Positions 21,946 through 64,000 of a stretch of DNA of 64,000 nt are shown here, piece after piece (position 1 is the stretch's first letter; each line of letters begins with the position of its first letter). The DNA comes from the human T2T-CHM13v2.0 reference genome, Homo sapiens, in assembly GCF_009914755.1 (NCBI RefSeq), contig NC_060935.1; one strand, 5' to 3'. A program made the position numbers and the translations under genes. The notes under the pieces are model-generated. The model was not told the origin of the DNA and ran no database searches. It worked only from the letters and a program-made list of their open reading frames with translations.

Positions 21946-22881
21946 TGAACAGATGGATTCATGATTGAATGTGGAGGATGGATGAGAGTGAGGCTAGAGG
22001 GCTGGGCACCAGTCAGGAGGCAGCAGCCTTAGTTATTAGTGAGCAGAGAAGATAGAACACAGATTTGACAGATCTGGAGAAGATCAAATGAACAGACTGA
22101 TTGGCGAAAGTCGGGGGCCAGGGGTGGGCAGTGTGTAAGAGATCTCTCAGCTTTATGATTTGGTAGGCCTGGCTGCTGCTGCCATTCCCTGAGCCAAGGA
22201 GCACAGGAGGAAATGAAGGTTTCGGGGAAAGCCCTTGGGGAAGGCCTGCTTGGTTTTGGACTAGATGTGCTGAGTTTCCAGGCTTCCGGGATGTCCAGGG
22301 GGACAAAGCCAGCATGAAGCTCTCGGACCCACTGGAGGGAAGTCGGTCTGCTGCAGGGAGTAGGTTTCCTGAATCAGTGTTGGCTCCATGCTTGGCTAAA
22401 CATGCATGTAGCTGCAGTGAACATCGCAGCAAGACTGAGGGACAGCTTGTGCTGTAGAAGGTCATTGGGAGGAGGCTGGCTGGGAACAATGGAAGGGAAA
22501 TCTATTGGTGGGGGAGTGTGAGTGTGTGTGTGTGTTTATGATTGTTTATATGATTGCTTGTGTCCGTTCCCTACTTTCTGGTAACTTGAGGTGTCAGAAC
22601 TGCAATGTCTAAGCCTTTAGATTCTTCCGAAGCTGTGGCCTGGTCTTGGGACCTTTGTTGACCAGGGTTCTACCTCCCCCACCCTCCAGCTCAGCTCCTC
22701 GTGACTTGGAGGCAGCAGAGAGTTTGGCTGGTCTCCCAGGACAGCCGCCTCCCAGGGCCAGGAGTGGCGGGAGGGACCTCAGATGAGAGAAGAGCCAAGC
22801 CGGTGGTTTCTGGAGGTTCAGCACATCCTGGAGCAGGAGGGGGCGGTGGTGGGGGTTGCGGTGGAGAGTTGCTGTCCCACC

Positions 22882-22933
22882 GTGACTCAGCACTCTGCTA
22901 GGCTGGGCTTGGGCTCAAAAAGTGCTTTGTCAT
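22882..22933. promoter_or_regulatory. FTH1: FTH1 distal bipartite antioxidant response element (NRF2/sMAF, AP-1/NF-E2, BACH1)
   Basis: GTGACTCAGCA 22882-22892 and oppositely oriented ATGACAAAGCA (TGCTTTGTCAT 22923-22933), ~4.45 kb upstream of the FTH1 TSS, matching the recalled human ferritin H ARE. Confidence 0.9.
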
Positions 22934-22980
22934 GGAGGAGAAGAGCAGTCATACGACCTGGAGGGCTGTGGCTTCACTGT

Positions 22981-23015
22981 GGAGGGAGGGAGGGAGGGAG
23001 GGAGGGAGGGAGGGA
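22981..23015 (+). repeat. (GGGA)n purine tract
   Basis: About 8 GGGA units. Confidence 0.95.
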
Positions 23016-25080
23016 GAGTGTCCCCCTCCCCCCATTTCCTAATGGGACAAAGTCCAGAGGCCGGACTGGGAACAAAGGGGTCTGAGATCACTCAGGGGGG
23101 CCTCTGATGGTGTTTTTGCTGGCAAGCCTAGGTGTCACTTTTCCTACCTATCCCTCGCTCAGTGCCTTCCCGCCGCATGGGGAATTCTCAATAGATGTTG
23201 GGTCCCTTTCTCTTCTAGGGATTGTTATTGTGTAGTCACAATTTAGGATCCACAGCTAGGAAATCATAGACCCCCCACAAATTTTAAGGCTTTGGAAAGG
23301 ACGTTAGAGCTTCCAAATCATCATGTTTTACAGATAAGGTGAGACCCAAAAAAGGTTAGGCTTGCCCAAAGCCGTAGAGTCACTGGCTGAAACACAAGCT
23401 GAAAACTAGGACAGGGCACATGATGGAACCCCGCATGGCCATTAAATACAGTAAGTGTGTTTAATAAGTGTGTTGCTGGAATGTGTGTGTGCAGGAATGC
23501 TATGTGAAAAGGCCAGACCCCAAACCGTTCCACAGGCTGATTGCAACAAAGAAAAACCTCAGGGCTGGAGACATAGATGAGGATTGGGAGAGAATGGGTT
23601 ACGTGGTATTTTAACTGAAGAGCTGATGTTTTAAATGTCTGGGATTTCCCCTGAAGTGAAGTGAAGTAAAGCAGGAAATTCGAGTTTTGAAATTCAGACC
23701 AAAGGAAAAACAATACTAAATCAGTATTTGGGTACATTTCTGGATGATGCAATCATACTCACAGAGCTTGTCCTGAAATCATTTCTTGAAAACCCTTGAG
23801 GCCATGTAAACTCAGAGTCTAGGTACTTGGAATCCCCCGCTTCCAGAAGGTTAACGAGAGCCACAGCCTGCGATGTTTGAGGACAACTGTGAATGGAAGG
23901 CAAGGCCCATTTTTGAATGCTAACTCAGGCCTCACTGCACTCCAGACTTCTGCCAGAGACCCTATCACATGCCCTAGCTATGTGTTTACCTCCTGGCTGG
24001 ACTTTGAACTTTTAAGCTGTGTCCCCAACCCTGGCACAGCCCGGGGGTCCCTCCAGTTGTAGCAGTTTGCAGCTCTGTACCTCTTCTCTGGAATGGTCAT
24101 GCCCAGCAGAGCATCGGCTCTCTACCTTTGGACTAGCGGCTCCTGGAGATCAAGGGTCTTGCCTTTAACAGTCCCCAGCTGTATCCTTCCCAGTGAGCCC
24201 CTGGGATATGCACACAGTGAAGAGGCCACGTGGCCTCTCTGAACTTTGATTCCTGTATTATTTATGGTATCTGAAGCCAGCCCTCTCCCATGCTACCTTG
24301 AGTACCCGCTCTGGGCGCCCTCTTTACCACAGTTCCCGTTGCACCCCGTCAGCTGGGACCCAGCCACATGGCATCCCCACATCACCCCATCCAGGCTCAG
24401 CTGTGCTCACCCTGGCCAAATCAGGGGAGGCCCAGCTCAGCGCAGGTGACAGGTGGGAGCCATGGCTAGCAGCCTTGGGAGGAGGATGAAAAAACAGAAA
24501 AATGTCTTGCAAGTCTGGGCAGGGACCTCAGCAGCCAGAGGCCTTGGCAGCCAGGGGCTGGGAGTGCCTCCTCATGGAAATGGGAACTATGCCTCAGGAG
24601 TTTTCACTGTGTAGACACTCACTATGGTGGAGGGGAACGATGGCTGCACAGCACAGTCCCTTGAGCACCGGGTCGGAGGGAGTAGGGATCAAGAGGATCT
24701 GAGAGATCAGCAGCCAGGGACTAACCCAGCTGGGAGGCAGCAGAATGAAGCAGCCGGAAAGAGCGGCTAGGGCTTTCCTGCCCCCAGAGAAGGGGCACAA
24801 TCCAGGAGAGCTAGTGAGTCTTGCTGGGCCAGCAGATGGGGCCTCGGTCAGCAGAGGGAAATCCTGAGTGTCCTATGAGAGGGTCAGGACCCCAAAGATC
24901 TCACCCTCAGCATGGATGAGGCCTCCCTCCAGCCTGTGGCTGTTCCCACTGTCCCAGGCTCCCTATTTCCTGCCTCTACCACCTCCTGCAGTCCCACTCT
25001 CTCTAATTTGTCTCTTTTCTGTCTGTCCCAGCATTATGAAATACAAAGATAAGCACTTTGTGATTACAACTCCTTAAAGG

Positions 25081-25807
25081 AGGCCGGTACAGTGGCTCAC
25101 ACCTGTAATCCCAGTACTTTGGAGGCCGAGGTGGGTTGATTGCTTGAGCCCAGGAGTTTGAGACCAGCCTGGGTGACATAGCAAGTCCCTCTCTCTCCAA
25201 AAAAAACACAAAAATTAGCCGGGTATGATGGCACAGGCCTGTAGTCCCAGCTATTCAGGAGGCTGAGGGAGGAGGATTGCTTGAGCCCAGGAGTTTGAGA
25301 CCAGCCTGGGTGACATAGCAAGTCCCTCTCTCTCCAAAAAAAAAACACAAAAATTAGCCAGGTATGATGGCACAGGCCTGTAGTCCCAGCTATTCAGGAG
25401 GCTGAGGGAGGAGGATTGCTTGAGCCCAGGAGTTTGAGACCAGCCTGGGTGACATAGCAAGTCCCTCTCTCTCCAAAAAAAAACACAAAAATTAGCCGGG
25501 TATGATGGCACAGGCCTGTAGTCCCAGCTATTCAGGAGGCTGAGGGAAGAGGATTGCTTGAGCCCAGGAGTTTGAGACCAGCCTGGGTGACATAGCAAGT
25601 CCCTCTCTCTCCAAAAAAAAAAAAAACACAAAAATTAGCCGGGTATGATGGCACAGGCCTGTAGTCCCAGCTATTCAGGAGGCTGAGGGAGGAGGATTGC
25701 TTGAGCCCAGGAATTCGAAGCTGCAGTCAGCAATGATTGTGCCACTGCACTCCAGCCTGGGCGACAGAGCCAAACCTTGTCTCTAAAAAAAATAAAAAAT
25801 AAAATAA
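25081..25807 (+). repeat. Single AluJ-like element with an internal ~137-143 bp unit repeated four times
   Basis: Units start at 25138, 25275, 25414, 25552 (fifth boundary 25695); flanking AACTCCTTAA at 25068-25077 and 25808-25817. Confidence 0.93.
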
Positions 25808-26284
25808 AACTCCTTAAGTGCTCTCCACTGCCCTTGGGATATAATTGTAATTCCAGGGTATGGCCCAGCCACTCACCCCCAGGCTTCTCTCTAGCCCTCC
25901 AGGGTTCCCCTCACACCTTGGGACTTGGCACAGCTGTTTGATCTGCCCAGACGGCCTGCCCCTCACTCTTCTGCATGAAAAAGTACCCAGCCTTCAACAC
26001 CGGGCTCAAATATGCTCCCAAAGCTCCCTGCACTGCCCCGCAGAGCTGAGAATTTCCATTCTTTGTGCCCTCCAGCACTCCGAGCGCGTGGTCTCCACTG
26101 CCACGCAGTATTACAGTGACCTGCTCCATACCCACCTCCCCCACAGCAAGGGAACCTCTGCCCTGTTTATCTTGGCCATGCCTTTGCCTTTCCCACCTCA
26201 GCACCTGGCAAAGTACTCACAGTTTCACAGGCTCCCAGACTACCGACAAATATGGGCTGGATTTAACTTGGACTTAGCTCTTAG

Positions 26285-26473
<189 letters not shown>

Positions 26474-28660
26474 TAACTGGGATTACAGGCATGCACCACC
26501 ATGCCCAGCGAATTGTTGTATTTTTAGTAGAACAGGGTTTTGCCATTTTGCTCATGCTGGTCTCGAAGTGCGGCCTCAAACAATCCGCCCACCTCAGCCT
26601 CCCAAAATGCTGGCGTGAGCCACTGGGCCCGGCCAGGTTTGGTTTTTCCATCTTTACTTAATTAAGACTACCAGCTGTTTCTACCTCCCGTATGGAAGAT
26701 GCTGGGAATTGGTGAGTCTTTCTGGGGTTTCAGGATTATTCCTAGGCAGAGACCTGAAGACACTGTGAGGCAGTCGGGGCTGGGACCAGCGCGGCCATGG
26801 GGATGGAGATGTCACAGTCACAGGCTCTGTGGCTCTGAGGACCAATTCCTGTGGCTTGCTTTTGTGGCCACAGAGTGTTTCCTCAACTGGAGGAATCTGT
26901 GGGCTGTCACTAGGGACCAATGTGGGAGGAAAGCAAGAAGGGTTGGTATAAAAATCAGCTTGCTACTACAAAACAATGTCCTATCCTTCCTGGCGGTGGG
27001 CCAGTGCATTGTTGGAGTTTTCATTCCATAAAATAACAGATTTTTACATAAAGTAAGTTGACACCTTCGGGGCTGACACTGACAGCACCTCTGAGTAGGT
27101 AGGGCAGGTAGCCCGTGCTGGCAGCAGAGGTTTCCTTTATCCAGTGAGGAAACTGGAAGTCAGAGAGGTTAAGAGACGGCCTTGCCTAAGATTGCGCAGC
27201 TGGTAAGAGACAGGGCTCTGACCAGAATCTGGACTCTGATTGTGGTGCAATTTTCTGAATCTGGTGCCCTGACACAGCCATGACGGCAATTCTTAAACTC
27301 AGCACATACATTACCCTTAATCTCGAAGCATGCAGGAAGAAGAGCTCCAAGATTCCACTTGCTGAGGCTTCTGAAATATCCCTGCAGGTGGAGAGCACTT
27401 CCTGCAGCCCTGAATCCTGAAGGCGAGCCAGCACCCAACTTCGGTGGGCTTCAAGCCACTGGAGTTGGCCGAGGGTGCTTTCAAAGTAGTTGCTGTGATT
27501 CTACCAGCAGCAAAGCTGTCACGGGTGATCTTTGAAATTAATGGGCTGATTTGATTAGTAACTGAAGTCTGTTTGCTTGGTGGGAGTTTTGTGGTTCTTT
27601 GGATGGCACTCTTGGGGATCTCGTGGCAGGGCTTAGCGAATTGGACTTGGTCTTGAGTTATCTGGACTTGGTGCTAATGGCTGGCAGGCCCAGGAGATGC
27701 CTGGGCAGCCTGTAGACTGGGGCTATCCAGTGGCATTCTGAGCAGGGCAGTGGGTCTCGGCCCACATGGGAGAGCTAAGGGTATTTCTGGAGCATGTAAT
27801 TCCCAGGGACCATGGCTGGCTCCTCAGACCCCCATTACTCCCACTGTGCTTGGCTGGTCCTCCCAGGGGCTGGGGGCCTCTGCTCAGCCACAAGACACAC
27901 CATATTAGGGAGTGGTGGGAGATGCTTCCCTGAGGGTCTCATGGTACCTCCTTCGTATGTAGGATCTGAGAACCATATAAACTTGCCTAAAAGAGTCTCG
28001 GGGCCTCTGGAGCTGAAGCTGTTCACATGCCGGGAAGCATAGGATGACCCACCTCCAAACTGGGGCAACACCAGCTCCTCCCCTGGGGCCTTAGCCCACC
28101 CTTGGTTTTCTGTGCGGAGGGCTCACCCACCTTTCTGACAAAGCTTCTGATGGCTCAGAAGCCAGTTGGCCTGAGTCAGAGCCAGGAGAGCCTTCCCATG
28201 GGAAGGGGCTTTACATGCTATTACCTTTCTCATCTGTTTCCAGCTGCACGGATGATATGCTAACCCCCTGTCAAACATCCCTGCCTTTTGTAATTCTTTG
28301 AAAGCATTAGTTGGAACCAAGTGGCTCTCGTTTTTCCCCACTATTTACTCACCTATCCAGCTGCCCTTTCAATATCGTGGGTGTGTATGTGGGTGGACAG
28401 GGGTGTGTATGTGTAGTGGCAGGAATCCGGATGTTTTGCTTTTTGCTTTTTTCTGGAATTGATTTCTCCAGATCCATACCTACTCCCCAATATCCACCTG
28501 TCTTCTGGACACTAGATCCAGATTTTCCTCTGGGGAACTATTTCCCTCCCTCCAACCTCTGTGATGTGCTATAATTGGAACTGCCTCCATCCCTAGATTC
28601 AGGGATAGACATGTTTTGTTTTACTTGCAACAGATTTTTCAGTCAACTTACCTTTTATAT

Positions 28661-29032
28661 CAGGGGTCCCCAACCCCTGGTCCATAGACTGGTACCGAAG
28701 GTGCATAGACTGTGCACCTCCAGGCTGCATGGCAGGAGGTGAGCAGTGGGTGAATGAACATTACCTCCAAGCTCTGCCTGCTGGTTATCCCAGCTCTGCC
28801 TCCTGTCAGATCAGCAGTGGCATTAGCTTCTCATAGGAGTGTGAACCCTACGGTGAACTGCACGTGACAGGGATCTAGGTTGTGCGCTCCTTATGAGAAC
28901 CTAACTAATGCCTGATGATCTGAGGTGGAACAGTTTCATCCTGAAACCATCTCCCTCCCCCACCCCTTGTCCATGGAAAAAATTGTCTTCCACAAAACCG
29001 GTGCCTGGTGTCAAAAAGGCTGGGGACCACTG
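28661..29032 (+). mobile_element. MER1 (probably MER1B) hAT-Charlie non-autonomous DNA transposon
   Basis: TIRs CAGGGGTCCCCAACC ... GGCTGGGGACCACTG; 8-bp TSD TTTTATAT/TTTTACAT; recalled MER1 internal text. Confidence 0.85.
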
Positions 29033-31169
29033 TTTTACATCATCTAAATGGCAACTGATTCCTGCATGGGTCTCAGAATTTTCAAGACAGGAAGGAGCCT
29101 TTGAGACTATCTAATACTTTCAATCACTCAACTAATGTTTTTATTTTGTTATTATTTTTTTAAAAATAGAGACAGGGTCTCAACTCTGTCACCGAGGCTG
29201 GAGTGCAGTAGCACGATCGTAGCTCACTGCAGCCACCAACTCCTGGGCTCAAGTAGTCCTCCCACCTCAGCCTCCTGAGTAGCTGGGATTACAGGTGCAT
29301 GCCACTACACCTGGCTAATTAGAGCAATTTTTGATGGGGTCTCACTATATTGCCCAGGCTGGTCCCAAACTCCTGACCTCCAAAGATCCTCCTGCCTCAG
29401 CCTCCCCAAAGCTTGGGATTACAGGCCTGAGCCACTGCACTTGGCTTCAAACATTTTTAAATGCCAGCTCTATGCCAGTCCTTGGGTTAGATGAAGAAAA
29501 TGATATCTGGGGCTGGGGATTTGGGGTGACCAGATCAGGGTTACAGGGAAAGTCGGTGGCTGAGCCAAGGACCAAAACCTAGGCCTTCTGACTCCCACAC
29601 CAGCCTTCTTTCCTCATGCTTCTCTGCTTCCTGAGATTAAATTCTTCTGGCAGTGCTCAAGTACGGTTATGTGATTATGAAAAAACACAGGGAACTCTGT
29701 GCCAAGCAGCTATCATTGGTTTCCTGGGCAGGGTTGCAGAGAAAGAGGAGAAGGACAAAGGAACTTCTCCCACCCCTGTGTGCCAGCCTCAGCTCTCTGG
29801 CGGGGGGCAAAACAGGCTCGTGGGGCTGCCTGAGGGCTTGTCCTCTGGTGTCCCTCCTCTGGGCCCCAACAGTCCTCTGCTTCATCCACACCAGCCCCTG
29901 GGGTGCCCCACCGCACCCCTGGTCCCCCGCCTCTGTCCTTTGTTGAAGTCTTTCCTCCCCTAGCTGTTCACTTTTATCTATCAAAGATCCACCCTTTCTC
30001 CAAGCTGCAGTCCAGATCCTGCCTCTGCCGAGAAGTCTTCCTGGATTCAGAGCTTGTCTCTTATTCCTGCTAATGTTTATTCCTTCGGCCTTTACTGAGT
30101 GACAGGAGGCCCTGTGCCATTGCATCATCATAGGGGAGGCTCGTAGGAAGGCATCATAGGAGGCTTGTAGGAAGCTGGTCTTCATCTCTGCTCCCAGGAA
30201 TGGGACCAGGCCCTGGCACCTGGCAGGGCCTCAGCTAAGACTCTGGTTGGATGTGATTGAATCATCGTGAGAAAGGGGAATCCTTGCCCTGCTGGGGGGC
30301 GAAACGGGGGGTAAAGTTAGGACCCCCTGCCCTGCCCCATCTCACAAGCGTTGTGAAAAGGTCTTGAGCTTTGTCTGACTGGGTCTCGCTTGAGCCAGTA
30401 CTGCCCCGTGAGAGATGGTTCTTTGCACTTAACTCCAGGTAACGGAGGGCCCATCCTGCAGTTTCCCCTTAAGAGCCTGGAATGGGAGCCTCGGGAGTTG
30501 GAACTGGTCTCTGGAGTTTGCCTTAAGCCCAACCAGCTTGGTCAGCTCTTTAGCCCAAAACTCCTGTATTCCAAGGGCAGGGGTCCTCAGGCCCAAGCTC
30601 CACCCAGCTGGGTGGGTTAGACTCAGACTCTTTTCTTAAAAATGAATCAAGTAAGAATAAAAACTAATACTTATTAATAAAAGCAGATACTTCTTGACCC
30701 CTTACTACATAGGCCAAACATGTCATTCGACAGATGAGGAAACTGAAGCACAGAACTACAAAGTACCTTGCCCAAGGACACACACCTGCTGTTCCAGTCC
30801 AGAGCCCACACTCTGAACCGCTCCTTGTCCCCACCCACTGCCCAGATCATTCGGCTCCATCCTGTTATCCACTTGTCATTCCACTGTTTGCCCATGGTGC
30901 CTCCCATATGGGGATTTAGTAAATGCTTATCAAATGGGGGTGCTTATTGAATTTGAGATTTCTGTTTGTTTACCAGGTTATCCCTAGCAAGGCATGGAGG
31001 GAATAAGGGGGAACAACAAAAATGCTGGATGCTGGGCTGGGCGCGGTGGCTCGCGCCTGTAATCCCAGCACTTTGAGAGGCTGAGGCGGGCGGATCACCT
31101 GAGGTCAGGAGTTTGAGACTAGACTGGCGAACATGGTGAAACCCCGTTTCTACTAAAAATACAAAATTA

Positions 31170-31310
<141 letters not shown>

Positions 31311-31634
31311 TCAAAAAAATAAATAAATAAAAATGCTGGATGCTGCAGCTCTGTCTTGCTGTGTGATCAGTCCTTGGCACAGATATCCCACCCGAGCCAG
31401 GCTTCTTGCATGTCCTTACTCTCTGCCGTTCCCAGGGAAGGAGGATATTTCTGAAAAGGTCCTGAATTTCAGATGGGCTGTCATCACTGTCAGTGTTAGG
31501 ATGGAAGGGCTGAGTGCAGTTGCCTCCAGACCAACCCCTGTGAAAAATACTCCAGGGAAAATCGCTCTGGAGAGACATGGCTTCTGAGATGGTGCCCTGG
31601 GTGGATGGAGGAGAGAGCTGGGAGGTCTCACATC

Positions 31635-31970
31635 AGTCGGGATGATTTTGCTTTCAAGCAACAAAACCCAACCCACAATAGATTAAGCAACAAGGGGGAT
31701 TTATTGACTTGTGGAGTTGAAAAGCCCAGACGAGGTGGACTTTAGACGTGGTTCCATCAGGGCTCGGGCCCCGTTTCTCTGTGATTCTCTCAGATCCGCT
31801 CCCATCCACCGGGCTTCATCCTCTGGCTGTCTTCCAGCATCCTCCAGAGCTGCAGGCTTCCTTCTTCCAGGGGTAAAGTTAGGACCCCCTGCCCTGCCGC
31901 ATCTCACAAGCATTGTGAAAAGGTCTTGAGCTTTGTCTGACTGGGTCTTGCTTGAGCCAGTACTGCCTCT
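31635..31970. mobile_element. Old MaLR LTR fragment (MLT1J/K-like)
   Basis: CAAGCAACAAAACCCAAC...TTAAGCAACAAGGGGGATTTATTG...GAAAAGCCCAG resembles the recalled MLT1 consensus. Confidence 0.5.
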
Positions 31971-32290
31971 TGGAGTGTCTAAATCTTAATGGTTGTTTAA
32001 GCAAATTAAGGAAATGGAGTTGATGAGCACTTCTGAATGGCATTGGGCCCCAGGGCTCACTGGAGACAGGAAGAGTTTTTACCAATTGCTCTCTGCTCTC
32101 GCTTGCTGGTGTCTGATTTTACCAGAGTACAGTGACCTCAGCTGGGACACTCAGGCCTGCACCATTCAGACTTCAGAGCTGTATGTGGATCTGTGTGAAG
32201 ACCTCTAGGAGCCCAGCACTCAGATTTGGGAGGCCCCACTGCACATCAGGGCAAACACGTTAAAACATGCCCACATTCCACATGCAGCAT

Positions 32291-34203
<1,913 letters not shown>

Positions 34204-34980
34204 AGCGAAAAATAAGTAAAGAAGACCTGAGCTCAACTGCAGATGACAGCTTTACAGCTCATAAACATTTACTTTTATTAATTTTGCTGTTTTCTTTTTA
34301 AATTTAGGAGCCAGTACATTTTCTTGGACCCTTGTAAAGCTCATAGGCACTAGGCCTGGGCCTGTCTTGCCTAATAGAGAAATCTGCCTGTTTGAGGGCA
34401 GTGATGGTGATTTGTGTGTGTGTCCCTGAAGGAACACCAGGCCTGGAGCCAGGACTGTGGAAGCTGGTCCCAGCTCTGCCATTAACTAGCTGGGTGACCT
34501 TGGACAAGCTGCCAACTTCTCTGGACCTCTGTGTAGTCACTTGTCAATTGGAGATAATGTCACCTCTATTTCTCCCCTGTGTTCTTTGCTGAAGGGGCAT
34601 TTCTTCCAGCTGGGGAGACTGGAGGGGCTTAACTGAGTCTTGCCATTGAGCCGAGTAAACCCAATTTCTTTGGGATCCATTTGACACTGGTTGGCTGCCC
34701 ACTCTAAGCCAAGCTTGCAGCCAAGCTCTGGAGGAGTAGAGATGGCTAAGCCAGAGCTTGTGTTCACAGTAGCCCAGAAAGATAGGCTCAGCAGAGACGT
34801 GTGGAAGGGGCACAGTGGGATTCAGATGAGCAGCCTGAGAGCCTGAAAGAGCCATGGAAGAGCCTGCCAATGGAAGTGCCCTTTCCTTGCTAAGGAAGGT
34901 AAAATACCCAAACCAAGTCAATTCAGCAATGATCCTGGGGTGCAAGAGTGAAAGGGCCAGGGGCTGTAGCTGCCTCTTAG

Positions 34981-36712
<1,732 letters not shown>

Positions 36713-36713
36713 C

Positions 36714-42295
<5,582 letters not shown>

Positions 42296-42379
42296 GAATA
42301 GCTTAAAAAACCAAAAACAAACCAAAAAATGCCTTTTAAAAAATTTAATTTGTTTGAAACAGGATTTAAAAAGTTCTGT

Positions 42380-50407
<8,028 letters not shown>

Positions 50408-50539
50408 ATGGATAAATGTTGGAGAAGATGGATATGCTAATTACCCTGATCTGATCACTAGAAATTGTATATATTGAAATATCACTATGTACCCCACTGA
50501 TATGTACAATTATGTGTCATTTAAAAAATAAAATAAATA

Positions 50540-57650
<7,111 letters not shown>

Positions 57651-57809
57651 TTTAGATAAGATATTTTGACTGAAAATCTATCATGAACCCCAAATATTCT
57701 GCCCAGGCCAATGTAGTCCAGGGAGAAGAGTGTTTTGCTTTATTAAATTTGTTTCTCTAAAGAGTTGGACCTGTGTTCATTTGCCTCTTTCTCCAATGCC
57801 TTAGAAATT

Positions 57810-60380
<2,571 letters not shown>

Positions 60381-60604
60381 AAAAAGTTGGTTGGCTGTGG
60401 TGGCTCACACTTGTAATCTCAGCACTTTGGGAGGCCAAGGCAAGAGGATTGTGTGAGTCCAGGAATTTGAGACCAGCCTGGGCAACGCAGCTAGACATCG
60501 TCTCTATAAATAATAAAACGTTAGCCGGGCGCGGTGGCTCACGCCTGTAATCCCAGCACTTTGGGGAGGCTGAAGTGGGTGGATCACCTGAGGCCAGGAG
60601 TTCA

Positions 60605-62462
<1,858 letters not shown>

Positions 62463-62973
62463 TTATTTGTGGAACAGTAGTGGAATGGATTCTCACAGTG
62501 GTTAGGACTCTAGCTTGGAGAGAACACCAGTGAGGATCTACTTGTCTTCTGTTAGAGAGAAACTGTCAGGAAGCTAGGGAGGATTAGCCTTGTGTTACAT
62601 TTGTTCCCAAGTCTAGTTGCTCAAAACCAGGACTCCTAGAGCTGGTCAGTTGTGGCAAGTACTTTTGTTTGGTTAACCCCAAATCAGTCCCAAAACCTTT
62701 CTTCCTGTCCTCCACGCACTGTAAAGGATGGGATGGCCGGATATGTCCTGGCTTTGTCTTTGTCAGGGAGGACTTTAGACTTTATAGCCCCTGTTTGGCC
62801 AGTGCTGTGAGGAGAGGTCAGGAGACCTCTTGAGACCTTCTTGAAAACAGTCTTTCTTTGCTGATAAGATCAAAGCTGGGAGGTGAAAATTCTTTGCCTG
62901 GTATCACTCCCTGCTTCCTGCATCTGAACATGTTGTGAGGATGTGGTGTATGGGGCTGCTGCAGCCATCATGA

Positions 62974-64000
<1,027 letters not shown>

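Noticed and set aside
25138-25712. Regularly spaced repeats resembling a CRISPR-like array
   Set aside because: Units are contiguous Alu sequence with no unique spacers, in eukaryotic DNA with no cas genes.

Overview
This is human (primate) genomic DNA from the BEST1-FTH1 locus (recognised from the encoded proteins; chromosome 11q12 from recall). Positions ~1.1-15.3 kb hold the complete 11-exon BEST1 gene on +; the spliced CDS is 1758 nt (585 aa) and every junction reads GT/AG. FTH1 lies tail-to-tail on - (4 exons, 183 aa), with its 5'UTR iron-responsive element, TATA/CCAAT CpG-island promoter and bipartite ARE enhancer ~4.45 kb upstream. The rest (~19.5-64 kb) is repeat-dense intergenic DNA: dozens of Alus, a ~5.6 kb decayed L1PA, older L1M pieces, LTRs, MER1, MADE1, and an RPS2 processed pseudogene running off the right end. 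I see no new protein-coding system; most ORFs in the track are Alu/L1 or GC-rich artefacts. The most interesting observations are: (1) a solo ERV1 LTR carrying a perfect 20-bp p53 response element ~31.5 kb upstream of FTH1; (2) a 184-bp perfectly identical tract, sharing private mutations, between two AluY copies 10.8 kb apart (gene-conversion signature); (3) Alu-mediated tandem duplications of different ages, namely a 4x intra-Alu VNTR, a ~772-bp near-identical duplication and a fossil one in BEST1 intron 2; (4) convergent BEST1/FTH1 3'UTR overlap; (5) a GATA+NF-E2/ARE composite motif in BEST1 intron 7 and C-rich BEST1 splice acceptors. Repeat subfamily names come from recalled consensus sequences, and repeat boundaries are approximate.
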